A DNA stretch of 64,000 nt from positions 39,564 through 103,563 of the forward strand of contig CAJFLB010000001.1 of the NCBI GenBank assembly GCA_904387305.1. The letters run 5' to 3'. The notes beneath the pieces were generated by a model. That model was not told the DNA's origin. It saw nothing but the letters and a program-made list of their open reading frames with translations, and made no database searches. Positions 18,960 to 28,554 of the stretch are shown here, piece after piece (within the stretch, counting starts at the first letter, position 1; each line of letters starts with the position of its first letter). Made by a program: the position numbers and the translations under genes. The DNA is from an uncultured Clostridia bacterium (GTDB lineage Bacteria; Bacillota; Clostridia; TANB77; CAG-508).

Positions 18960-20240
18960 ATGAGAGAAGAAAACATTCAAAGAAACTCAAGAAAAAGATT
19001 AAATGCATTAATTTTATTAGTAGCATTTACAGCAATCTTATTGATTGTAGCAACCTATGCGTGGTTCTCTACACAGAGAAACGTAACATTAGGTGGACTA
19101 GAAGGACAAGTAAACGTAGCTGAAGGTCTACAAATTTCATTAGATGCTTTAAACTGGGCAAACGAAATTGATTTGACAGATAATGCATCAGCATATTTTG
19201 CACAAACCAATACAAACAATGGATGGACAGATGATGATATGGTATCATTAGTAAATCCTTGGAAACAAGGTGCAGGTGGTACTTATACTTATCAAGCACG
19301 TACAAATTTAGTACCAAGTGAATTATTACCAGCTTCTACAACAGCACAAAGCACAGAAGGTATTGGATTAAATGATTTAAATATGTATAGAGGAGATGTT
19401 GAGTCAGGAAAAAAATTAACTAATGTTGCAAAATTAGCAGCTGAAGCTGATTCAGGATATTATGCAATTGACTTCTTCCTACAAAACTCTTCTTCAACAG
19501 AAGCAATTGAAGGAAGTACAAAAGACTTACTTAGAATTGAAAGTAATTCATCAATTAATTTAAATGAAACATCAAGAGAGTCAACAGGTTTACAAAATAC
19601 ATTAAGAGTAGCATTTGCTATATTTGATGAGGATTCAGATTTAGAGGATACGACATTAGTTAATAATACACCAAGTCAAGCAGATATATTACAAGCGACT
19701 ACTGGTGCTGATCGTTTAATCACAGATGTAGCTATTTGGGAACCAAATGCAAGTGGTGCACAAGTTGGAACAAGTCCAACAATTACAACATATGCAGCAC
19801 ATGTTGATTACATCGTACAAAACAACAATAAATTAACATTATCATCAACAGATAGAACAAGTTTAACATCAGGTACAAGTAGATTTGATGCAGATGATCC
19901 AGTACCTACATATGCTTTAACAGCAACATCTGTTTCAAAAGAAATAGCTGATATATATAATTGGGACACAGCAGCAGCAGCTAATGGATTAGTAAAACAA
20001 AATACAGTAAAAACACCTAATACAGGTATCATAGCAGACAATCCAATTCAATTAAAGAGTGTTAAAGATGGTACAACTGATTTTGCAATTGCACCAGGTA
20101 AATATATCCATATGAGAATGTATGTATGGCTAGAAGGACAAGACGTTGACTGTATCAACTATGCTTCACTAGGTGGAGGATTAACAATTGATGTTGGATT
20201 AAGCAAACCAGGTTCAGCAACAGATGGTGTAGGTGGCTAA
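18960..20240 (+). CDS. SipW-class secreted protein, candidate major fibre subunit
   Basis: Signal ending ATYAWF; GLQIS, YVWLEGQDVDC; followed by a terminator. Confidence 0.75.
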   Translation: MREENIQRNSRKRLNALILLVAFTAILLIVATYAWFSTQRNVTLGGLEGQVNVAEGLQISLDALNWANEIDLTDNASAYFAQTNTNNGWTDDDMVSLVNPWKQGAGGTYTYQARTNLVPSELLPASTTAQSTEGIGLNDLNMYRGDVESGKKLTNVAKLAAEADSGYYAIDFFLQNSSSTEAIEGSTKDLLRIESNSSINLNETSRESTGLQNTLRVAFAIFDEDSDLEDTTLVNNTPSQADILQATTGADRLITDVAIWEPNASGAQVGTSPTITTYAAHVDYIVQNNNKLTLSSTDRTSLTSGTSRFDADDPVPTYALTATSVSKEIADIYNWDTAAAANGLVKQNTVKTPNTGIIADNPIQLKSVKDGTTDFAIAPGKYIHMRMYVWLEGQDVDCINYASLGGGLTIDVGLSKPGSATDGVGG

Positions 20241-20287
20241 TATCCCAAAAATATGAAAATATAGAATGAGATGATAAATATAATAAG

Positions 20288-20336
20288 AAGAACCATAATA
20301 ATCAAACAAATAGTTTGGTAATTATGGTTCTTTTTT
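20288..20336 (+). terminator. Rho-independent terminator
   Basis: AAGAACCATAAT...ATTATGGTTCTT followed by a T run. Confidence 0.7.
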
Positions 20337-20402
20337 GGGACCATTGGGACCATTGGGACCAGGTCCGTTTGGTCCCATTTGGGACGTTTCTTTTTGGGAC
20401 AT
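20335..20402. repeat. REP cluster (families A and B)
   Basis: TTGGGACCATTGGGACCATTGGGACCAGGTCCGTTTGGTCCC then GGGACGTTTCTTTTTGGGACAT. Confidence 0.85.
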
Positions 20403-20881
20403 ATCAAGAAGAAAACGATTTTGTCGAATTTTGCGATGAAAAGTGTGCATATGTTGTTGAAAAAATTAGAAGAATGTGTTTATATATACATAGATAAAAA
20501 TTGTTTAGTTATTAATTAATTTTGTATTCTATTATTAGTTTTTTATTATATTTAGAATGATTTTAAATTTCATTAGCGAGATTTTATTATCATAATTTTA
20601 TTATCATAATTTTATGATTAAGAATTTTCATTAAGGTTTTGTTGGTAAGATTTTATTATTCAAATTTTATCGTCAAGATTTTATATTAAGATTAGAAATG
20701 TTTATATCAATATATCAAATTTTACGCAATTAAAAATCCACTATTGTTTAGAACTGGAACGATTTGACACGTTCACTGTTCTTCTATTGAGATGCAACAT
20801 AAAGTCTTATAAAATTTCAAAAAATAATAAGAAAGAGTTGAAGAAAAAAGAAAAATTTAGTAAAATAAAGGAGGAAATTTA

Positions 20882-21727
20882 TTGAATAGAGAGACACAAT
20901 TAAAAGTAACAAATGATTACATATTTAAGAAAATATTTGCTAAAAAGGGAAATGAAAGTATATTAAAAGATTTATTGAATTCAATTTTACAAATTAAAAT
21001 AAAAAGTATTGAAGTAATAGCAGATGCGAATTTAGAAAGACAGTTAGAAAGTAATAAATTAGGAATTTTAGATTTAAAAGCGAAAGTGGATGAAGATACA
21101 ATTGTTAATATTGAAATTCAAATTATAAATCGATATAATATGATAGAAAGAACTTTATTTTATTGGTCAGGATTATATTATAATGTTTTACAAAAAGGTG
21201 CAGACTATAAAGAAATAAAAAAAGTAATCGCAATCAATATATTGGACTATAACGAATTTGAAGAAGGTCCATATCATGAGATAGCAAAACTAAGAAGAGA
21301 GTATTTATATAAAATATTAACAGATAAAATAGAAATTCATTTTATACAAATTCCTAAATTTAAGAAGCAAAGAAAAGATATGAAAACCAAATTGGATATG
21401 TGGATGGATTTTATCAGTCAAATAGATGAGAAGGAGGTAAAAAATGCTATGAGTAAAAATAAGGAAATTAAAAAGGCACAGGAAGAATATGAATACTTAA
21501 CTGGCGATGAAGAAGAAAGAAGAATAGCATTTTTGAGAGAGAAGGCAATTAGAGATGAAAACTCAATATTTGATGCAGGAAAAGATATTGGAAGAAAAGA
21601 AGGAAAAGAAGAAGGAAAAAAAGAAATAGCAAAATCAATGTTAAAAGAAAAAATGCCAATTGAAACAATCATAAAAATAACAAAATTATCAAGAAAAGAA
21701 ATAGAAAAAATAGAAAAAGAAATGTAG
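20882..21727 (+). CDS. Rpn family recombination-promoting nuclease / PD-(D/E)XK putative transposase
   Basis: NDYIFKKIF, ILDLKA, NIEIQ, RTLFYW, and C-terminal GRKEGKEEGKKEIAKSML...IIKITKLS. Confidence 0.9.
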   Translation: MNRETQLKVTNDYIFKKIFAKKGNESILKDLLNSILQIKIKSIEVIADANLERQLESNKLGILDLKAKVDEDTIVNIEIQIINRYNMIERTLFYWSGLYYNVLQKGADYKEIKKVIAINILDYNEFEEGPYHEIAKLRREYLYKILTDKIEIHFIQIPKFKKQRKDMKTKLDMWMDFISQIDEKEVKNAMSKNKEIKKAQEEYEYLTGDEEERRIAFLREKAIRDENSIFDAGKDIGRKEGKEEGKKEIAKSMLKEKMPIETIIKITKLSRKEIEKIEKEM

Positions 21728-21737
21728 ATTTTATAAA

Positions 21738-21803
21738 ATGTCCCCAAAAGAAAAGTCTCTAAAGGGACAAAATGTCCCAAACAGAAACGTCCCCAAAAGG
21801 ACA
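21738..21803. repeat. Two REP family B copies, inverted relative to 20381-20402
   Basis: ATGTCCCCAAAAGAAAAGTCTC and ATGTCCCAAACAGAAACGTCCCCAA. Confidence 0.8.
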
Positions 21804-21846
21804 AAAAGGAATTATACAAATGAGAAAAGGAGGGTAAAATATACAA

Positions 21847-23526
21847 ATGAGCAATATATTGCGTAGACATAGAAAGTCGAATGAAAAGAATAAATTCAGA
21901 AAATCTTTAGCACTTATTTTTACCCTTATAATGACAACATTTGCATGGTTTGCCTATACAAAAATATTAAATCCAAGCTTAAACATACATGTGGCAGCAT
22001 GGGATATGGAATATTATATAAATGGTGAAAAAAAGGAAAATCCAATTGGAATTGAATTTCCTACATTATATCCACAGATGGAAGATCAAGTGGTAAAAGT
22101 AGATATTTTAAATAATGGAGAAGCATTAGTAGATTTAAGCTATCGAATACAAGCGATATCAATAGTTGGAGTTACATACGAATTAGTAGCAGAAGGTGAG
22201 CAACCGACAACAGAGAATTATATAATGATTGAAGATCCAATATTAGAATCAGATCCAGAAACAGGTGAGCTCTTATCAAAAGGATTTATCATTAATGATC
22301 CGGAAAAATTTCCATTCACACTGGAAATCGAACATTCTCTGCAAGTAGCAGCACAGGATGATGCATACTTAGAAGTGACTGCTAAATGGCCAGGGGATAA
22401 TGATGAATTAGATACAGAGTGGGGATATACCGTTGGAAAATATTTTATGGATAATCCAGATGCTACTTCGGCAATGGATATTACATTAAGTATTGATTCA
22501 TATCAAGCAAATGATGAAATTATAGGAGGAATAGGAAACTTACCAAATGGACCTGGTACGAGACCATATTTACCAAGTTCTGATTTTACACAAGTAGAAG
22601 GAACATCATTAGAAACAGGATTAGTTATTCAAGATTCAGCTGGAAATGAATATGTTTGGATAGAAGTACCAAAACTTGCAAGTATATATCCAACAGCTGG
22701 TATTAGTATACAAGATTTTACAGATGAAGAATATCAAAAAATTGAAAATGATTTACACACATATGCTTCAACATATAGAAATGGAACTTCTGCAAGTGAT
22801 ACATATTATTCAGAAGAGACAACAGGATTATCAAGTAGTGAATATACTGAATTAAAACAAAAAATGTTAAAGAGTGTTTATCAACATGGAGGCTTCTATG
22901 TATCAAGATATGAAGCAGGAACAAATACAAAGAGAAGTAGTAATACATCTATTGAAGACTTAGTTCCGTTGTCACAACCAAATCAATATCCAATTAATTG
23001 GATAACATGTAGTCAAGCACAAACATTGGCAAGTAAAGTAAGTACAAATGGATATTCAGGAAGTTTAATGTTTGGTATTCAATGGGATTTAGTCCAAAAA
23101 TATATCGAAACAAAGGCAGTAGCGCAAGGAACCGAAATTGGAGCAATTCAATCACAATTAATCAATAATAGTACCTCTTGGGGAAATTATCAGCCAAGTA
23201 TATATAATATTGTAAATGAAAATGCACAATATTCATTAAATAATGGTTCACAATGGTTACAAGCACCTTATGATAAAACTTCAGCAAGATCTGTATTATT
23301 ATCAACAGGAGCCAATACTGCTTTCGGAAAACAAAATATATTAGACTTAGCAGGAAATGTATGGGAATGGACTTTGGAAAATTCGAATGTAAGTTCTCAA
23401 CCATGTGTTATAAGAGGTGGATCATATGAGAGCAGTGCTTCTTCTGAGTTAACTGTAAATGCTAGAAGTAATAATACTAGCACACAAACATATTGGAGTA
23501 TTGGATTTAGAATGACAATATTCTAG
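21847..23526 (+). CDS. SipW-class subunit fused to a C-terminal FGE-sulfatase/C-type-lectin-fold domain (putative adhesin)
   Basis: Signal ending TTFAWF; AAWDM, LYP, W...DTEWG; C-terminal GGFYVSRYEAG, DLAGNVWEWT, RGGSY, IGFR. Confidence 0.75.
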   Translation: MSNILRRHRKSNEKNKFRKSLALIFTLIMTTFAWFAYTKILNPSLNIHVAAWDMEYYINGEKKENPIGIEFPTLYPQMEDQVVKVDILNNGEALVDLSYRIQAISIVGVTYELVAEGEQPTTENYIMIEDPILESDPETGELLSKGFIINDPEKFPFTLEIEHSLQVAAQDDAYLEVTAKWPGDNDELDTEWGYTVGKYFMDNPDATSAMDITLSIDSYQANDEIIGGIGNLPNGPGTRPYLPSSDFTQVEGTSLETGLVIQDSAGNEYVWIEVPKLASIYPTAGISIQDFTDEEYQKIENDLHTYASTYRNGTSASDTYYSEETTGLSSSEYTELKQKMLKSVYQHGGFYVSRYEAGTNTKRSSNTSIEDLVPLSQPNQYPINWITCSQAQTLASKVSTNGYSGSLMFGIQWDLVQKYIETKAVAQGTEIGAIQSQLINNSTSWGNYQPSIYNIVNENAQYSLNNGSQWLQAPYDKTSARSVLLSTGANTAFGKQNILDLAGNVWEWTLENSNVSSQPCVIRGGSYESSASSELTVNARSNNTSTQTYWSIGFRMTIF

Positions 23527-23580
23527 AAATTAGTAAAAATAGATATTAGCAGTTTATTCAATTAGTATATAACTGAATAA

Positions 23581-23720
23581 AACAATAGCGGGCTTTTTTA
23601 ATAGTTTCTTTGTTTATAACATTTTAAAGCCCGCGTCATTGTTTGGTGCCAAATTTTACTTTAGTAAAATTTGTGTGCATTCTTAGAGCGAAGCAATGTT
23701 CTTGTATAGGAAAAACTCGT
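23581..23720 (+). repeat. Structured intergenic element, family E copy 1
   Basis: GCGGGCTTT..AAAGCCCGC and AAATTTTAC..GTAAAATTT stems; homologous to the reverse complement of 52156-52345. Confidence 0.75.
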
Positions 23721-23775
23721 AAATGAATAGCTTTTCATTTACGAATTTTTGCTTAAATAATATGTTTAGAAAGAC

Positions 23776-23881
23776 AAAGGGAGCTATAGTTATTAGACTT
23801 TAAAACAATAAAAAGGGAACTATAGTTATTAGATTTTAAAACAATAAAAAGGGGAATATTGCTTTAAATTTAAAAACAATA
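23776..23881. repeat. Three degenerate 36-bp tandem repeats
   Basis: TATAGTTATTAGA at 23785 and 23821; decayed copy at 23857. Confidence 0.7.
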
Positions 23882-23992
23882 TTAAATATGCGGATTTTTA
23901 AAGTGCTATATTTTTAAGGTGACTTTGAATAAAAAGAGAGAACTACACATAAGAATATGATTATCTGTGAGTTCTCTTAAAAAAACTTTTAT

Positions 23993-24535
23993 TTATTTTC
24001 CTTCAAATAATGTATTTAAAATTTTTGGATATATCGTATTGGCATGTTTTTTCCAATTTTCCACAATTTTTTTAGCTCTTTCTCTTGAGCCAGCATATGT
24101 TTTTACTTCAAAAATGGTTTCATTATTTTCCATAATTTTTAATGTTACAGTGTAATTGTTTTCATCTTTTGGTGTAAATTCAGCAATGACAGAAGAAGCT
24201 TCCTCAATGTTAGAAAACTCTTTTTTGAAAACACTATCTGCTTTTAATTTTAATATTCCAGGCATAACATCTTTGGTTAGAATGTATGCATTTTTCCCTT
24301 CAGTAGTGATTCTTAATACTTGTTCATCTTCTTTTGTATAAACACCTACTAGCTTTGAATCAATTAAATCTGTTAAGATTTGTTTAAAATAAAAATAATT
24401 CAAATTATTAATAGAAGAAATAATTTTAAACAATCCATCTTGAACAATATCTCCATCAATTAGATTTAAAATATATAGGATTAATACCTTATTTTCAGCC
24501 AAAGTAGTAGTATTATTATTTGAATGTGAACTCAT
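23993..24535 (-). CDS. DUF4364 family winged-helix protein
   Basis: LAENKVLILYIL, NYFYF, ITTEG, AKKIVENWK...IY; likely ATG at 24535 with RBS AAGGAG. Confidence 0.8.
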   Translation of the reverse strand: MSSHSNNNTTTLAENKVLILYILNLIDGDIVQDGLFKIISSINNLNYFYFKQILTDLIDSKLVGVYTKEDEQVLRITTEGKNAYILTKDVMPGILKLKADSVFKKEFSNIEEASSVIAEFTPKDENNYTVTLKIMENNETIFEVKTYAGSRERAKKIVENWKKHANTIYPKILNTLFEGK

Positions 24536-24682
24536 AAATAGCACTCCTTACTTTGATTATTTGCTAAATTATATCATAAGTATAGGAAAAAGTAAAATAA
24601 ATTGTGTAAAAAATCTTTAATTTTCAAGAAAAAAGTAGTATACTATTGTAGGAGTTTTATTAATGAGAAAGGAATGGTTAGT

Positions 24683-25639
24683 ATGAAAAAAGGAAAAGTT
24701 GTTTTAGTAGGAACAGGATTTGTGGGGATGAGTATGGCATACTCAATGTTAAACAGAGGAGGAATTCAAGAGCTTATCTTAATAGATATTAATAAAGATA
24801 AAACTATTGGTGAAGAAATGGATTTAGCACATGGATTACCATATGCACCACAAAAAATGATAATTAGAGCAGGAGATTATGACGAATGTAAAGACGCACA
24901 AGTTGTTGTAATTACTGCAGGTATTGCACAAAAACCAGGACAAACAAGACTAGAATTAGCAGAAGTAAACGCAAAAATAATGAAAGATATTACGAAAAGT
25001 ATTATGGCAAGTGGATTTAATGGCATTATAGTTGTGGCAAGTAACCCAGTAGATTTAATGACATATGTTGTAGCAAAAGTATCTGGATTACCAAAAAATC
25101 AAGTTATTGGTTCAGGAACAGTTTTGGATACAGCAAGACTAAGATATATTGTAGGACAATATTTAAAAATATCAAGTAAAAATATACATGCTTATATCAT
25201 GGGAGAGCATGGAGATTCTTCATTTGTACCATGGGAACATTGCTATGTAGGATGTAAAAGAATCACAGATGTTATGAAAGATAACCATCATCCAATGGAT
25301 AAATTAAATAAAATGCATGAAGAAGTTGTTAATGCAGCTTATGAAATTATTGAAAAGAAAAAAGCTACATACTACGGAATTGGTATGGCATTAAATAGAT
25401 TAGTAAGAGCTATTTTAGATGATGAAAATTCTATTCTAACTGTATCTACCTATTTAAATAATGAATATGGACAAGATGATATATATATTGGTGTACCAGC
25501 AATTATCAATAAAAATGGAGTAAGAGAATTATTAAATCTAGAATTAAATGAAAAAGATCAAGAAAAATTAAACAATAGTTGTAAAGTTATAAAAGAAATG
25601 AGAGAACAATCAATTGACAAAATTATAAATGAAAATTAA
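24683..25639 (+). CDS. ldh: L-lactate dehydrogenase
   Basis: GTGFVG, QKPGQTRL, ASNPVD, GSGTVLDTAR, GEHGDS; likely ATG at 24683. Confidence 0.95.
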   Translation: MKKGKVVLVGTGFVGMSMAYSMLNRGGIQELILIDINKDKTIGEEMDLAHGLPYAPQKMIIRAGDYDECKDAQVVVITAGIAQKPGQTRLELAEVNAKIMKDITKSIMASGFNGIIVVASNPVDLMTYVVAKVSGLPKNQVIGSGTVLDTARLRYIVGQYLKISSKNIHAYIMGEHGDSSFVPWEHCYVGCKRITDVMKDNHHPMDKLNKMHEEVVNAAYEIIEKKKATYYGIGMALNRLVRAILDDENSILTVSTYLNNEYGQDDIYIGVPAIINKNGVRELLNLELNEKDQEKLNNSCKVIKEMREQSIDKIINEN

Positions 25640-25782
25640 TAAGGAAATGTAAAAGTAAAGTATAGCAAAATTAATGAAAATTAATTGCTATTTATATGAA
25701 AAATATTTGCATTTTATAAAAAAATATGTTAAAATAGCAAAGTATAAATTGAGAGATAAAAACCGTTAGGAGGAATTAATAC

Positions 25783-26031
25783 ATGGAAATAGCAAAATGG
25801 ATATTGATTGTTATATATTTTGTAGTAGCATTAGCATTAATCATATTAGCATTATTACAATCAAAAGAAGATTCAGGATTATCTTCAACAATTACAGGTT
25901 CATCAACTAACAACTTCTTTGAAAAAAATAAAAGCAGAACAAAAGAAGGAAAACAAAAAAGATGGACAGTTATATTATCAATTGTATTTGCAATATTAAC
26001 AATTGTATTAGGAATATTATATATGGCATAA
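25783..26031 (+). CDS. secG: Preprotein translocase subunit SecG
   Basis: Two TMs, LLQSK..GLSSTITG; upstream of rnr. Confidence 0.9.
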   Translation: MEIAKWILIVIYFVVALALIILALLQSKEDSGLSSTITGSSTNNFFEKNKSRTKEGKQKRWTVILSIVFAILTIVLGILYMA

Positions 26032-26037
26032 AACAAA

Positions 26038-26075
26038 AAAGGGATTTTGGGGACGGACTCATTTTTCCCTTTTTT
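26038..26075. repeat. REP family C copy (AAAGGGATTTTGGGGACGGACTCATTTTTCCCTTT)
   Basis: Same unit at about 28587, 28858 (rc), 48027 (rc), 51016 and 62406. Confidence 0.85.
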
Positions 26076-26088
26076 TGAATTTTATATA

Positions 26089-26312
26089 TGTCCAATTGGG
26101 GACGTTTCTGTTTGGGACATTTTTATGTAAATTTTATTGAAATATATTTTATAATAGGCAAAATCAAATTTTGAGAAATATATAAACTTACATAAAAATA
26201 GGTGGCTTAAACAGAAATGTCTTCAAGTATACATAAACATAGATGGCTTAAACAAAAAAAAAAATTAAGTAGACATAAAAATGTCCCAAACAGAAACGTC
26301 CCCAATTGGACA
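26089..26312. mobile_element. REPIN/MITE-like element with 40-bp perfect inverted family B arms
   Basis: 26089-26128 is the reverse complement of 26273-26312; overall length matches 10723-10947. Confidence 0.85.
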
Positions 26313-26331
26313 AAAAAAGAAAGGAATGTTA

Positions 26332-28548
26332 ATGGAAGAACAAGAACTGAAAGTTTTAAATTTAATAAAGGATAAAGATTATGCGCCAATGAAGGCAAAA
26401 GAAATTGCCATGATTATGCATGTACCAAAAAATGAATATAATGAGCTTTTAAATATATTAGGAAAGCTTGAGATGGAGATGAAAATCCAAAAAAATAGAA
26501 AAAATCAATATAGACCAGTTGACGAGGTTTATTATGATGGTATTTATAGAAAGAATCAAAAAGGATTTGGTTTTGTTAAAATAGAAGATCAAGAAGATGA
26601 GATTTATATTGCAAAAGAAAACTCGAAAAATGCTTTAAATGGAGACAGAGTATTAATTGAGATTATTGAAGAAAAAAATAAAGTAAAAAAGGCAGAGGGC
26701 AAAGTTGTAAAGATTTTAAAACATGAAAAAGATACCATTGTTGGAAGATTTGAAAATAATAAAAATTTTGGATTTGTGGTACCAGATGATAAAAATTTTG
26801 GAACAGATATCTTTATTTCTAAAAAGAATTTTGGAAAAGCCAGAAATAATCACAAAGTATTAGTAAAAATTATAAAATACCCCGAAAAAGGAAAAAAAGC
26901 GGAAGGAAAAATCATAGAGGTATTAGGAAATGTGAATGAAGCAGGTGTTGATATGTTATCTTTAATAAAAGAGCATAATTTACCATCAACATTTCCAGAA
27001 GCAGTGGTAGAAGAGGCAAAAAAATGTGGCAATCAAATTGATGAAAGAGATATTTCAAAAAGAAGAGATTTAAGAAAAGATATTATTTTTACGATTGATG
27101 GAGAAGATGCTAAAGACTTAGATGATGCTGTGAGAGTAACTAAATTAGAAAATGGGAATTATAAATTAGATGTGCATATTGCCGATGTAAGTTACTATGT
27201 AAAACCTAATAGTTTATTAGATCAAGAAGCATTATTAAGAGGAACAAGTATATATATGTTGGGAAGAGTTATTCCTATGTTACCAAGAGAATTGTCAAAT
27301 GGAATATGTAGTTTAAATGCAGGAGAAGACAGATTCACATTATCTTGTAGTATGGAAATTAACAAAAAGGGACAGGTTGTTTCCTCAGATGTCTATAAAG
27401 CGGTGATTAATGTAACAGAAAGAATGACATATACAAATGTGCAAAAAATATTAGACTATGTCAATACAAATGCACAAGAATTATCAAACAATGCAGACAG
27501 AATTGGAACGAATAAACAAGATAATGATGATAAAATGGAATTAAAGATACAAAATAATCCAGATGAGGAAGTTATCAATCGATATAAACCATATATTTCT
27601 GAATTTATATTAATGGAAGAATTGGCTCAAATATTAAAAAATAAACGATTAGAGCAAGGATATTTAAATTTAGACATTCCAGAAAGTAAAATTGAATTAG
27701 ATATTGATGGAAGAGTTACGAGCATAAAAAAATATGAAACAACTTTTGCAAATGAGATTATAGAACAGTTTATGCTAACCGCTAATGAAACCATTGCAGA
27801 AAAATTCTTTTGGCTAGATGCACCATTTATCTATAGAGTACATGAAAAACCAGACTATGAAAAAGTGCAAGAATTAAATAAATTTCTGTTTAATTTTGGA
27901 TTGAAAATTAAAGCAAACAAAGATAACATATATCCAAAAGAATTTGCAAAAATTTTAGAAGAAGTACAGGGAAAAGAAGAGGAAAAAGTGGTTTCTAATT
28001 TGGTATTAAGAACATTAAAAGTAGCAAGATATGAGGCAATTAATGAGGGACATTTTGGAATTGCTAGCAAATATTATTGCCATTTTACATCACCAATTAG
28101 AAGATATCCAGATTTATTTATTCATAGAGTTATTTCAAAATATTTAGAAGACAATTATGATGTAGAAGATAATTTTGTGGAGGAATATAAAAAGCAGGCA
28201 GAAGAAAGAGCAAAACAATCTTCGGAAAGAGAAAATATTGCAACAAAAGTAGAAAGAGAGAGTGAAGACATCAAAAAAGCAGAATATATGGAAGGAAAAA
28301 TTGGAGAAGAATATGAAGGTATTATTTCTTCAGTAACTTCTTTTGGGATTTTTGTGGAATTAGAAAATACAGTAGAAGGTTTAATCCGATTTGATGACTT
28401 AGGAGATGAATATTTTATCTATGATGAAGAAAGAAAAATCTTAATTGGTGAACATACAAAAATAACTTATAAAATAGGAGATAAAATTAATATCAGAGTA
28501 AAGGATGCAAGTAAATTGATGAGAACAGTTGATTTTGAAAAAATATAA
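26332..28548 (+). CDS. rnr: Ribonuclease R
   Basis: KGFGFV cold-shock domains, TIDGEDAKDLDDA, HFTSPIRRYPDL, C-terminal S1 domain; start moved past the REP-derived extension. Confidence 0.95.
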   Translation: MEEQELKVLNLIKDKDYAPMKAKEIAMIMHVPKNEYNELLNILGKLEMEMKIQKNRKNQYRPVDEVYYDGIYRKNQKGFGFVKIEDQEDEIYIAKENSKNALNGDRVLIEIIEEKNKVKKAEGKVVKILKHEKDTIVGRFENNKNFGFVVPDDKNFGTDIFISKKNFGKARNNHKVLVKIIKYPEKGKKAEGKIIEVLGNVNEAGVDMLSLIKEHNLPSTFPEAVVEEAKKCGNQIDERDISKRRDLRKDIIFTIDGEDAKDLDDAVRVTKLENGNYKLDVHIADVSYYVKPNSLLDQEALLRGTSIYMLGRVIPMLPRELSNGICSLNAGEDRFTLSCSMEINKKGQVVSSDVYKAVINVTERMTYTNVQKILDYVNTNAQELSNNADRIGTNKQDNDDKMELKIQNNPDEEVINRYKPYISEFILMEELAQILKNKRLEQGYLNLDIPESKIELDIDGRVTSIKKYETTFANEIIEQFMLTANETIAEKFFWLDAPFIYRVHEKPDYEKVQELNKFLFNFGLKIKANKDNIYPKEFAKILEEVQGKEEEKVVSNLVLRTLKVARYEAINEGHFGIASKYYCHFTSPIRRYPDLFIHRVISKYLEDNYDVEDNFVEEYKKQAEERAKQSSERENIATKVERESEDIKKAEYMEGKIGEEYEGIISSVTSFGIFVELENTVEGLIRFDDLGDEYFIYDEERKILIGEHTKITYKIGDKINIRVKDASKLMRTVDFEKI

Positions 28549-28554
28549 ATTTGA

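Noticed and set aside
1-23526. Sortase-dependent or type IV pilus locus, or prophage
   Set aside because: No sortase, LPXTG, class III prepilin motif, PilB/PilC or phage hallmark genes recognised.
23776-23881. 36-bp repeats as CRISPR direct repeats
   Set aside because: Head-to-tail with no spacers.
21847-23990. Complete diversity-generating retroelement
   Set aside because: No reverse transcriptase, Avd or template repeat visible in the window.
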